Shown in pieces: positions 50,800-62,659 of a stretch of 64,000 nt of DNA. Source of the stretch: Octopus sinensis. Lineage: Eukaryota. Both the position numbers and the translations under genes were made by a program. Every line of letters starts with the position of its first letter. Position 1 is the first letter of the stretch. Where the stretch lies: contig NC_042999.1 of assembly GCF_006345805.1 (NCBI RefSeq), positions 27,528,001 to 27,592,000 of the forward strand. Direction: 5' to 3'. Below the pieces are notes generated by a model, which was not told the origin of the DNA, searched no databases, and was given only the letters and a program-made list of their open reading frames with translations.

Positions 50800-50860
50800 T
50801 TATCACTGATGAAGGGAAGGTTCTTATGAACTAACTCTGAAATCGGGTTCGATATGGTAA
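50800..50860 (+). ncRNA. Type I hammerhead ribozyme motif (family C-HHR), right arm
   Basis: Same motif with stem III ATCGG/TCGAT (one G.U); predicted cut after A50854. Confidence 0.6.
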
Positions 50861-51078
50861 TAACGGGATTTTTAAAGAAATTTCTATCGGCTTTCTTCGA
50901 AAAGCGTGCTTGTAGTGATAAATTACATGGTTATTGACGTTATGTCTATTTTCGGCATATTTTGGCATTAGAGATTTTTCTTTTGCCCTTACTTATAAAT
51001 TGTTTATAAATTTAACCTTTAAAGGTAATTTTAAATATGTTGGCCATTGATAGAATTTTTTTCGAAAAATTTCAAACC

Positions 51079-51447
51079 AGTCACATGGTTCCGGGTTCAG
51101 TCCCACTGCGTGGCATCTTGGGCAAGTGTCTTCTGCTATAGTCCCGGGCCGACCAATGCCTTGTGAGTGGATTTGGTAGACGGAAACTGAAAGAAGCCTG
51201 TCGTATATATGTATATATGTGTGTATATGTTTGTGTGTATGTGTTTGTATGTCTGTGTTTGTCCCCCTAGCATTGCTTAACAACCGATGCTGGTGTGTTT
51301 ACGTCCCCGTCACTTAACAGTTCGGCAAAAGAGACCGATAGAATAAGTACTGGGCTTACAAAGAATAAGTCCCGGGGTCGATTTGCTCGACTAAAAGGTG
51401 GTGCTCTAGCATGGCCGCAGTCAAATGACGGAAACAAGTAAAGAGAC
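51079..51447 (+). mobile_element. Family C SINE, 5'-truncated
   Basis: cacatggttccgggttcagtcccactgcgtgg..gcatggccgcagtcaaatgacggaaacaag. Confidence 0.9.
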
Positions 51448-51610
51448 TACATTAGATGTTAATTTAATAGTATTCACTTCCGCACTCTCTCACTTTACGC
51501 GAGTTTTTAGTTCAAATCGCACCTGTCTCGAGATGGGCTGGAGAGTTTCTATTTTTGGATATATTTGGGGTACTTATTTGTGCTCATGACTTAGTGTTCG
51601 CTTCTTCCAT

Positions 51611-51733
51611 GGTTATAAGTAAGCATTTCACTTATTTCTTTGCCGCATTTATCACTGATGAAGGAAAGGTTCTTATGAACTAACTCTGAAATCAGGTCCG
51701 ATATGGTAATAACGGGATTTTTTTAGAAATTTC
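51611..51733 (+). repeat. Third partial copy of the palindrome arm, with decayed hammerhead motif
   Basis: cacttatttctttgccgcatttatcactgatgaaggaaagg..gggattttt matches 50780-50885; its 5' flank matches the reverse complement of the spacer. Confidence 0.9.
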
Positions 51734-51879
51734 ACTCACAAGATATCTAATCTATAGCTGCAGGGATATATCTAAAATGCAATGCATTGTGATCGAGTAA
51801 TGAACCACGTGAGTACTAAGAGGACACCTTATCCCGCACATCCGTATCTCAAACTGAATCAACGTAAAATTAAATTACC

Positions 51880-52106
51880 TAGCAATATTGGTTTTAAATC
51901 TTGGCACAAAGCTTGCAAGTTCGTAGGAGTGCGCAAGTCGATTACATTCATTCCAGGGTCCAACTGGTACTTAACTTATTTTATCGACCTTGAAAGGTTG
52001 AAAGGTAATGTCGGGCTCGGCAGCATTTGACTCAGAATGTAAAGACGGACGAAATGATGTTAAGCACTTTGTTCGGCACGCTAAGGATTCTTCCAGCTCA
52101 CCGCCA
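51880..52106 (-). mobile_element. Family M SINE, diverged subfamily
   Basis: tggcacaaag..caactggtac..ttttatcgacc..gccagctcaccgcc-like. Confidence 0.75.
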
Positions 52107-52150
52107 TAATTTCCCTAGAAATATTACAAAATATTTTATATAGAAACGAA

Positions 52151-52428
52151 AGTGGAGGCACATGGTGAGATCATGAGTTCGAATCTCAGATCGGGCGGTG
52201 TGTGTGTTTATGAGCGAAACACCTAAGCTCCACGCGGCTCCGGCAGAAGGTAATGGCGAAACTTCTGCTGACTCTTCCGCCACAACTTTCTCTCACTCTT
52301 TCCTCCTGCATCTTGCAGCTCACCTGCGATGGACCGGCGTCCTATCCAGGTGGGGAACCTATGCGCTAAGAAACCGGGAAACCGGCCCTTATGAGCCAGG
52401 CATGGCTCAAGAAGGAACAAACAACAAC
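52151..52428 (+). mobile_element. Family R-related SINE with 13-bp TSD and a different 3' tail
   Basis: atatagaaacgaa at 52138-52150 and 52429-52441; body gagcgaaacacctaagctccacg..cacaactttctctcactct shared with the 15326 copy. Confidence 0.85.
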
Positions 52429-52566
52429 ATATAGAAACGAAGCGGCAACTTATGCCTTACGACTGAAACCAACCAATACCTTTCGACCCGCAAATAGTTT
52501 AAATAAATACTCACTTGTAAAACCGTTACACAGCCATATATATCTGACCATTGACTCCTCACACAC

Positions 52567-52670
52567 CCATCAATAGGGTTCTGTCCAACTTTAATTGTCC
52601 ACTCCATGGATGTCTCTATCCAAGACTGAATAACCTTCCAAGCATTGTTCACATCTTCGCTGTAAACTTC
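52567..52670 (-). other. Candidate 104-bp internal exon of an unidentified gene
   Basis: Acceptor ctactctttaatacag|G, open frame EVYSEDVNNAWKVIQSWIETSMEWTIKVGQNPIDG, weak donor GG|GTGTGT; no homology recognised. Confidence 0.25.
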
Positions 52671-53135
52671 CTGTATTAAAGAGTAGCATATAAAACTATG
52701 AGCGTGAATATGTGTGTGCATAAGAACATAAAACCATTGCGTACTACAATTAAGAAATGATACTATATTGCTGGTTTGCTACGATTAATGTTGTTTAGTC
52801 CCATATATACACTCGTTGAGTAGACGTATGTTCAAACGCATTTAAACCAAAACCATCCCGCCATTTGCTTCTCAGAAATTGTGTTTCTCTAATTCAACGG
52901 CGTTAGATTGTAAGGGTGATTTGATAGTCATTTCATGCACGCCAAGCAATTGCGTAGAGGACTCCGTCTATGCACTATCTTGCTGTTTTCTTTTTAGTCA
53001 CGTCTCAATTTTCTATCTGCCTGATATCCCCTATTCTATTACTGGTATTGATGCTGTTGAGTTGTCAGTGATGAAAGACGAAGTACGTTCTTGTGTCATT
53101 AGAACTAGGAGTTTAAAATTACTGAAATATATATA

Positions 53136-53365
53136 TTTATTTCTTTATTGCCCACAAGGAGCTAAACACAGAGGGGACAAACAAAGACAGACAAAGAGAT
53201 TAAGTCTACTACATCGAACCCAGTGCGTAACTGGTACTTTATTTATCGACCCCGAAAGGATGAAAGGCAAAGTCGACCTCGGCTGAATTTGAACTCGGAA
53301 CATATCGACAGACGAAAAACAGCTACGCATTTCGCCCGACTTGCTAACGTTTCTGCTAGCTCGCC
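53136..53365 (-). mobile_element. Family M SINE
   Basis: Reverse complement of the consensus. Confidence 0.9.
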
Positions 53366-53856
53366 AGTGCAGCAGTCAATGATGTCAACTCATTCATTGT
53401 CGATGGTACGTGTCCATATATGTATATATCAGTGTGCGTATGTCTGTGTGTATATATATGTATATACGTATATGTGTGTGTTTGTATGTACTTGAGTCTA
53501 TGTGTTCATGCACGTGAATATGCATATACCTTTGTAAGGGGGGGCGGTGTGTGCGCGTATGTTTGTATGTGGTTGAGCACGTGTCTGTGTTAGTATTGAC
53601 GGATTGTCCGGATACGCAAGTTATAATTTTAAAAAAATAACACACGGGACGATGTTGGCTCTGATACACTTATTGGTATGATGGTGACGGTTATAATATC
53701 TTTGATAATATCCGTGATAACTTAGGGCTAACTCTGGGGGCGAAATAATAGCAGCAATTACAACAACAACGGTAATAAACACTGGGCAACTGCGTAATTT
53801 TCCTCGTTGATTGGTTTGCAGATGACCGCTGCCTGTAGCGGTTGTGCATACAGACT

Positions 53857-54003
53857 CGCCGAGGTCAACTTTGCCTTTCATCCTTTCGGGGTCGATTAAA
53901 TAAGCACCAGTTGCGCACTGAGGTTGATATAATTGATTTAATCCCTTTGTCTGTCCTTGTTTGTCCCTTCTATGTTTAGCCCCTTGTGGGCAATAAAGAA
54001 ATA
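53857..54003 (+). mobile_element. Family M SINE 3' half
   Basis: cgccgaggtcaactttgcctttcatcctttcggggtcg..gcaataaagaaata. Confidence 0.85.
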
Positions 54004-54018
54004 AATAGTACATACAGG

Positions 54019-54050
<32 letters not shown>

Positions 54051-54184
54051 TGTATGTATATATGTATGCATGGTGTTCGTGCATAAATGTGAGTGCATAT
54101 GTGTGTGATTGCAGGATTGTGTGTGAGCGTGAATATGTGTGTGCATAAGAATGTATCTATGTTTATATACATATCATATACATA

Positions 54185-54716
54185 TAGGCGTAGGAGTGGC
54201 TGTGTGGTGAGTAGCTTGCTTACCAACCACATGGTTCCGGGTTCAGTCTCACTGCGTGGCACCTTGGGCAAGTGTCTTCTACTATAGCCGACTAAAGCCT
54301 TGTGAGTGGATTTGGTTGACGGAAACTGGAAGACGCCCGCCGTATATGTATATATATGTACATTATGTGTCTGTGTGCCTGTGTTTGTCCCTCCCCCCCC
54401 CAACATCGCTTGACAACCGATGGTGGTGTGTTTACGTCCCCGTAACTTAGCGGTTCGGCAAAAAGAGACCGATAGAATAAGTACTAGGCTTCCAAAGAAT
54501 AAGTCCTGGGGTCGATTTGCTCGACTAAAGGCGGTGCTCCAGTAAAAGAGTAAAGAGTATATATGCAGGCGCAGGCGTGGCTGTGTGGTAAGAAGCTTGC
54601 TTCCCAACCATATGGTTCTGGGTTCAGTTCTACTGCGTGACACCTTGGGCAACTGTCTTCAAATACATCCCCCGGCCTTATGAGTGGATTTCGTAGACGG
54701 CAACTGAGAGAACTCG

Positions 54717-54815
<99 letters not shown>

Positions 54816-55075
54816 TTGTATGTATGTGGTGTCTTTGTGTCTGTGTTTGTTCACCCCACCCTAATGAAGGGGATAATTCCAATAATATTCTGTCTATTTG
54901 TAGCACAAGGCGAGAAATTTTAGGAAACTGGGCTAGTCATTTACATCTACCCTGGTTACGTCTCCGTAAATTAGCGGTTCAGCAAAGAGACCGATAAAAT
55001 AAGTACTAGGGTCGAAACATTCGACTAAGGATTCATCAAGGTGATGCCCCAGCACGACAATTAAAAGAAAGAAAT
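54185..55075 (+). mobile_element. Two tandem family C SINEs (54185-54556 young; ~54567-55075 diverged)
   Basis: Two successive ggcg(t/c)agg..gtggctgtgtggt heads, each with core and tail. Confidence 0.85.
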
Positions 55076-55139
55076 AAGACATGCATACACACTCATAGAT
55101 ACGCACACACACATACACATGCACGCGTGCACGCAACCT

Positions 55140-56290
55140 TATTCTTCCTAACCAGCCAAACTGAATTTAAATGCAAGAAGGGGTTATATTTTCCCTGATA
55201 GAATGCAGTATCGTATCATCGCCTTTTCAGTGGCCATTCTAATGCAATAGGCTCTTGGTGAAGGAGGGAGTTCGACACAGCTGCCTTCTTTTGAGTTTCT
55301 GGCCGTGATATAGGTTCATCTGGGACCTTGAACAAGAAGATATCAAGTTGTTTCTTGAAAACATTTATCCATACTCCGTGGAGATCGTTCAGACATCTTG
55401 GCAAGATATTAAATAGTTGTAGGTCCTTGAATCCCAGGCTTCTGCAGTACATGGTCCTCAGTCTAGATGGAATAGCTGAGACCTTTGGTAGTGTAGTGAC
55501 GTCCAGCTAGGGGTTTAGTATAGCTCTTGATGTCAAAGTTTGGTGCCAACCCTTCTGGGATCTCCCCTACGTATATCACTGCATACCCCTCCCGTCTTCA
55601 CTCAAGGTCATAGAGTTATAGCTCTTTCAGTCTCTCCCTGTAGCTTACGTTCCATTGATGCAATCTTCCTGATGTAGCACCGCTGAAGTGCCTCAAGTTC
55701 CGCTATTAATTTAGCACTGTGGGATGACCACAGTTGAGAACAGTAGCGCAGACGGCTGAGTACAAATGTTCTCCAATAAACCAGCATAGTTTCCTGGTCC
55801 CTTATTCTAAAGATTCTCAAAATCCATCCAGTCATTCGCTTGCACACTGCCACCATATTGGTGATATGTACGCGAATCAAGGCGTCGTTGCTCATGTCGA
55901 TCCTCAGATCACTCATTGTACTTCATTCTGGCCCAAAGTATTGTCGTTTCGGCATGTGAACACTGGCTTGCTGATAGCGGCGGGCTTGGAATATGCTTAC
56001 ATTTAATCGCATGTTGTTTTCTTCAGCTCATTTGTATATGGCATCGATGTCTTTCTGAAAAAGATTAGCATCGGAAGGTTCCTTGACTGCTTGTACTACT
56101 TTTGGGTCGTCAGCATAACAAGTAAGTGTAGTGTGGCTGCCTGAATAATTGATGGCATGTCTGAGAGAGACACCATAAACAGCAGCGACTGCAACACAGC
56201 TCCCTGAGGCACTCCACTCTCTATTACTGTCTCCTTGGAAAGAGCATCTTTAGCTGCCATTGCTTGGCTTCTGTCTTTTAAGACGTCATG
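55140..56290 (-). mobile_element. CR1-group LINE, RT domain to 3' end, with stops and frameshifts
   Basis: ESGVPQGAVLQSLLF; MTGWILRIF..RLRYCSQLWS..LEALQR; QLFNILPRCL..FKKQLDIFL.KVPDEP..SNSLLHQ. A ~55-bp piece recurs at 60060-60110. Confidence 0.88.
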
Positions 56291-56309
56291 TAACCACTCA
56301 CCCGGTTTT

Positions 56310-56328
56310 CCATACATACATTCATACA

Positions 56329-56362
<34 letters not shown>

Positions 56363-57084
56363 CATACATACTTACTTACTTACATACATGCATACATACA
56401 TACAGACACACACACACACACACAAGCACATACATACACACACATAATACATACATGCATACATACATCATAAACAAACTTTTATCTATACATGTTAAAC
56501 AGTTACTTTGAATTATATATAAATGTCTGCATATGTAGGTGTCTATGTATACATATATGTATGGGTGTATATGTGCACGTGTGTATGTGTGTGCGAGTGC
56601 GTGTGTGTGAGTGTGTGTGTCTGTCTGAGTGCATGTGTGTCTGTATGTATATAAATATGGATACGTATGTGTTTGTATATATCTCAATATATGAAAATAT
56701 TAGAACGCACGCGAATATATGTATATATACATGTGTGTGTGTGTGTTAATGTATGAATATATGTGTGTTTGTATGTGCTTATACGTATATAAATGAATAT
56801 ATATGCGTGTGTATTTGTATGTGTATGAGTGTGTATGTATGTCGGTGTGTACGTGTAAGTATGTATGTATATATATATATATATATATATGGGTAAATTT
56901 ATGAATTATGGGATTCTTTATTGCTCTTGAAATATCAACTTAATCCGGTTATGGAATTTGAGAGTATATGGACAATTTCGGATTTATCCTAAATTTCGTT
57001 CTCTAAATATAATAGATTTTTATAGAATAAAATCATTATAGCATTCTTTTGAAATCTCCCTCCCCCTCTCCCTCTCTCTCTCTC

Positions 57085-57139
<55 letters not shown>

Positions 57140-57310
57140 ATGTATGTATAAGTATGTGTAAATATATACCTATGCATGTATATATGTATTTATATACGCA
57201 CACGCACGCACTTACACACACACATGCATATATATATATTTATGTACATACATACACACATAAATACATATAAACATATGTGTGTGTGTGTGCGTATATA
57301 TATATATATA
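56310..57310. repeat. Mixed (ACAT)n/(TG)n/(TA)n low-complexity region
   Basis: Seen directly. Confidence 0.9.
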
Positions 57311-58203
57311 TAAGGTGCAGAGAATAAACTGTCGCCTAAATTACTCAAAAAGGAAAATAATACTGTCATCTCATTTTAACAGATATATTTACCAGCATTA
57401 CATAAAAATATCTTAAAATACTAAACAGTAAATTTATTCAATAAAATCGCCATTGGTTTCAACCACGGCCTCCAGACGACTTCGTAATATTGTGCAACTT
57501 TTCTGGATGGTCTCCTTGTTTATGTTGGTTAATGCTACCATAATACTTGTCTTCAGTTCATCTTTGGTGTTACAAAGGGTTTTGTTGGTCTCTCGCTCAA
57601 CTGCACCTCATACATAATAATCAAGGCGGTTGCAGTCTGGTGAGCTAGCTGACTAGATGTTAGGGGTGATGCTGTCGCAGAAATTGTCTGACAGTAATTA
57701 CTGGATCTTCCTGCTCATGTGGCATGGTGCAGAGTCCTGTTGCCAGACATAGGGTCTTCCAGCAGCCATCCTCTTAATCCAGGGCAGTACTACCTCCTCC
57801 AGGCACCTGATGTAGATCTCCGTGTTGAGTCTGAGGCCGTGTGCGAAGATGAATGGAGGCATAACGTTGCCATCACTAGTGACCACTCCAAACACCATGA
57901 TGTTGGCAGGATGCTTGATTTTTATCACTCTTGGTATATGTTTTGGAGCCACGGCAATCAACGGTTGTTTTATATGTTCACCATCTGTTCGTATTGGAGC
58001 CTCCGGTGCGAATGCAAGTAGCACAGCATGTTGTTTCCAAAATTCTGGCTTGAGTGAATTGAGTCATAGTACTGTTTTCCTAACAGACGGTGCTCAACTA
58101 ATGTGAGCTTACTATACTGTGTAGTCGACAAAATCAAAAACAAAAAATGGGCATGCGCAAAATTAGAGATATAAAATGGGGAGAATTTACCCGTCGTACC
58201 CTG
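57311..58203 (-). mobile_element. Tc1/mariner DD37D (maT-type) transposon relic, internally deleted
   Basis: VMPPFIF..YVWQQD-(37 codons including 2 stops)-D YYV*GAVERETNK..RSRLEAVVETNGDFIE*; degenerate TIRs TA-CAGGGTACGACGGGTAAATT / TA-TAAGGTGCAGAGAATAAACT. Confidence 0.88.
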
Positions 58204-58300
58204 TATGTATGTATGTATGTATGTATGTATGTATGTATGTATGTATGTATGTACTATGTATGTATGTATGTACGTACGTACGTATGTATGTATGTACATA

Positions 58301-58332
<32 letters not shown>

Positions 58333-58350
58333 ATATATATATATATACAC

Positions 58351-58688
58351 GCAGGAGCAGGAGTGGCTGCGTGGTAAGAAACTTGCTCCCCAACCACATG
58401 GTTCCAAGTTCAGCCCCACTACGTTGCACCTTGGGCATGTGTCTTCTACTATAGCCCTGGACCGACCAAAGCCTTGTGAATGTATTTGGTAAACGGAAAC
58501 TGATAGAAGCCCTGCTCGAAATACGTGAGTAGAAAAACAAACAACAACTGATGCAGGGTCGTCCTTTATGCTGTTTGTCTTATTTTCCATTTAAGTCTTT
58601 CGATGTTCGAAAAAATAGTTCATATTCCATGTACTCATACTTCGTATTCTTTTCTTTTACACATTTCATGACGTCCTGTGACCACATA

Positions 58689-58733
<45 letters not shown>

Positions 58734-59014
58734 CTTTACTACCCACAAGGGGCTAAACACAGAGGGGATAAACAAGGACAGACATAGGTATTAAGTCGAT
58801 TACATCGACCCCAGTGCGTAACTGGTACTTAATTTATCGACCCCGAAAGGATGAAAGGCAAAGTCGACCTCAGCGGAATTTGAACTCAGAACGTAACGGC
58901 AGACGAAATACGGCTACGCATTTCGCCCGGCGTGCTAACGTTTCTGCCAGCTCACCGCCTTACTATATATATATATATATACTATATATATATACTATAT
59001 ATACTATATATATA

Positions 59015-59052
<38 letters not shown>

Positions 59053-59188
59053 GTATATATGTATGTATATATGTATATATGTATGTGTGTGTGTGTGTGT
59101 GTATAGATGTAAGTATGTACATATACATATGTATACACACACACATACATATATATATATCAATATATTATTTATATTATTTATATCA

Positions 59189-59224
<36 letters not shown>

Positions 59225-59452
59225 ATGTATATATGTATGCATGTATTTGTGTCTGTGTTTGTCTTCTCACCATCGTTTGAGAACCAATGTAGGTGTGTTT
59301 ACGTCCCCGTTATCTAGCGGTTCGGCAAAGGTGGCCGATAGAATAAGTACTAAGCTTACTAAGAATAAGTCCTGAAGTCGATTCGTTCGACTAAAGGCGG
59401 TGTTATAGCATGGCCGCAGTCAGATGACTGAAACAAGTAGAAGAATAAAAGA
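58351..59452 (+). mobile_element. Family C SINE split into 5' half (58351-58515) and 3' half (59245-59452) by inserted DNA
   Basis: The two halves are colinear with the consensus; the intervening DNA holds a family M copy and microsatellites. Confidence 0.7.
58731..58959 (-). mobile_element. Family M SINE, young
   Basis: Reverse complement of the consensus. Confidence 0.95.
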
Positions 59453-59507
59453 ATATATATATAAAATACTACTACTACTACTACTAATAATAATAATAAT
59501 AATAATA

Positions 59508-59548
<41 letters not shown>

Positions 59549-59782
59549 TCAGAGTAGAAAAAATTTTAGAAATTTCTATTACCAGTGGCCTAGCGTGTAG
59601 AAAAATTAGTCAGAAGACTATATATTATTCATATAAATACAATGTACATTTAAACACATATGAGCTATCCATTATAGGATATCTTCGAAATTTGTCCCTA
59701 ATAGTAGTTAGGATTTTGGCTATTCCTTCTAGCGTGCCAGGTATCCTACGATGGATACTTCTTATGTGTTTAAATGTATATC

Positions 59783-59813
<31 letters not shown>

Positions 59814-60009
59814 CTTGTAAACATTCTTGTAGTTTGATTTCTTTTATAATCTTCTTAAAATTTTTCTATATAATTATATGATAATATATAATAATTAAGC
59901 ATTTAATCCCATTAGTTATTTAGTATTTAGGATAATTTAATTGAACATGTTAATGATATAATGATGTATTAAACTTAACAGTATCATTATTATTGGTGGT
60001 CTTGTTAAG

Positions 60010-60590
60010 GAGGTGAGCTGGCGGAATCGTTAGCTCACCGCTCAAAATGCAGCATTTCCTCTTGATGTTAAAGTTTGGTGTCAACCCTTCTGGAATCTTC
60101 CCTACGTATAACAGAACACAACACAAATTAAAGACAACAACGCAACACAGCACAGCACACTGACATAATACAAAACAATAGCACAACACAAGAGCAGTAC
60201 AACACAACAATCTGCATTAGCAGCATTTCATCCGTATTGAAGATCTTATATAAAAACCCGCTGATGTCGACTTTCCCTTTCATCCTTTCGGGGTCGATAA
60301 AATAAGTACTAGTTGAACAGTGTGGTTGATGTAATCGACTCACTCCCTCCTCCAAAATAGCTGGCCTTGTGCCAAAATTTGAAACGAATATTAATGCGGT
60401 GAGATGGCAGAATTGTTTGCACTGGGGGCAAAATCTTTCCGTTCTGGGTTCAAATTCCGCCGAGGTCGATTTTACCTTTCATCTTTTCAGTACGATAAGT
60501 ACCAGTTGAACACTGGCGTTAATCCAATCGACTTAATCACCCTCCACCCTCCACCCGGAATTGCTGGTTTTGTCCCAAAATTAGAACCCA
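60010..60590 (+). mobile_element. Cluster of family M fragments (60010-60055, 60258-60392, 60395-60590)
   Basis: Head and core motifs repeated. Confidence 0.75.
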
Positions 60591-60902
60591 TTATTGCTTT
60601 TGTTGTTATTGTAGATACTACTGTTATGAACTGACAAAATCATTAATGAAGAAGACGAAATGATTGCTTGCATTTCGTCCTTCTTTCTCTGTTTTCCTTC
60701 ATTTTTTTTCTGTTCATAGATTCGGTGTTGTATAATTTGTATCAGTTACCTCTTAGAGTCATGGTAATTCACTATTCGTATCTCCCGAAATTCTCAAGTT
60801 GTACATATTCGAATTACATAATATAGTTTTTTTTTAATTTTATCATAGTTATTTAAATGTTGTTGCTGTTTATCGTTGTTGTTGTAGTTGTTGCAACTAC
60901 TT

Positions 60903-60946
<44 letters not shown>

Positions 60947-61075
60947 GCTGCTGCTGCTACTACCACCACCACCGCCACCACCACCACTACTATTACTACT
61001 ACCACTATTATTATCATTATATTGAGGCCTTGTGCCTCGAGTAGAAAGGATTATTATCATTATTATTATTATTAT

Positions 61076-62227
61076 CATTGAGTGAGAGAGCAGTTCATGC
61101 CATCAAAGTGACACTGGGGTAAAATATACGAAGCCCAATATACCCATCATGACTACCCGTCTGATAAAGGTACACCAGGCACATGCATCACAACCATATG
61201 TGCGCGACATGGTGATCTCATATCAAGATAAACAGCACATGACCTTGCAGGTGGGGCCCAGTTAGAATTTTCTTCAGGTTGAGTAGCCCATCCCGCTCAA
61301 ACGGTCCCTGAATAAGGGTTGTTTAAGGATGTTGAAAGAACCACCCATGTTTCCAGAGGTAAATTATTCAAACCCCAAAGAATCCCTCTCAACACATGGC
61401 TATGATGCTCCCCAACTACTTCTGCTCGTGATCAGAGATGCACATATCGTCAGCCACTAAGGGACATGCTCAACTGGTTAAGGTCAAACAACTGACAAGC
61501 AAATCTGTGGTATTGAGCAGAATATTTGCTGTAGCCCATCTTTTATACCAAGACAAAACAATGTACATGATAACACTTCCAATCAGTTAAGATCAGAAGC
61601 CATGAGAGCCACTGCCTGGTACTGCATCAGGGCATTTATTATCATTATTATTATTATTATTATTATCATTGAGTGAGAGAGCAGTTCATGCCATCAAAGT
61701 GACACTGGGGTAAAATATACGAAGCCCAATATACCCATCATGACTACCCGTCTGATAAAGGTACACCAGGCACATGCATCACAACCATATGTGCGCGACA
61801 TGGTGATCTCATATCAAGATAAACAGCACATGACCTTGCAGGTGGGGCCCAGTTAGAATTTTCTTCAGGTTGAGTAGCCCATCCCGCTCAAACGGTCCCT
61901 GAATAAGGGTTGTTTAAGGATGTTGAAAGAACCACCCATGTTTCCAGAGGTAAATTATTCAAACCCCAAAGAATCCCTCTCAACACATGGCTATGATGCT
62001 CCCCAACTACTTCTGCTCGTGATCAGAGATGCACATATCGTCAGCCACTAAGGGACATGCTCAACTGGTTAAGGTCAAACAACTGACAAGCAAATCTGTG
62101 GTATTGAGCAGAATATTTGCTGTAGCCCATCTTTTATACCAAGACAAAACAATGTACATGATAACACTTCCAATCAGTTAAGATCAGAAGCCATGAGAGC
62201 CACTGCCTGGTACTGCATCAGGGCATT
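61076..62227 (-). mobile_element. Two head-to-tail copies (period 591 bp) of a ~560-bp non-coding retroposon-like element with (AAT)n tail
   Basis: 61081.. and 61672.. look identical base for base; the minus-strand 3' end ctctctcactcaat runs into (AAT)n; orientation inferred from the tail. Confidence 0.8.
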
Positions 62228-62271
62228 TATTATCATTATTATTATTATTATTATTATTATCATTATTATTA

Positions 62272-62310
<39 letters not shown>

Positions 62311-62320
62311 GATAAATAAT

Positions 62321-62636
62321 ATTAATACGCTAACGTTTTGTTTTTGTACTTACCTGTGGTGTGTGTCACTTCAGAGAAATGGAAAAGTGAGAGGGAGAGG
62401 AGGACAGAAAGGAAGTAAGAGAGGGAGAGTGAAAGAGACAGTGAATGGTAACGGCATTCATCGCAAGAGAAGTAGATACATAGATACATATACACATTGA
62501 TAAAGCAAAAGCGGGAGAGAAGAGGGACATAAAGGAAGTGAAAGAGAGAGGGAAGGAGAGAGAGAGAGAGACAGAGAGAGAGAGTAGATACTTAAATCAG
62601 TAGATACACACTGCAAATATTGGATATCAATTTCAC
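62321..62636 (-). other. Paralogue of the 40651-41040 block, ending in a perfect CAG|GTAAGT donor (62354/62353); candidate non-coding exon
   Basis: Alignment to 40651-41040; consensus 5' splice site. Confidence 0.4.
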
Positions 62637-62659
62637 GTTTGAAGACAACTGAAACAATC

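Larger units (their letters stand above)
50544..51001. repeat. ~458-bp near-perfect palindrome (arms ~223 bp, 13-bp spacer at 50767-50779)
   Basis: Left arm aatttattagttagggcaaaag..aaagaaataagtg is the reverse complement of right arm cacttatttctttg..cttttgcccttacttataaatt with scattered mismatches. Confidence 0.95.

Noticed and set aside
53621-54652. Longest ORF in the track (343 aa)
   Set aside because: Antisense read-through of two family C SINEs, a family M fragment and microsatellites.
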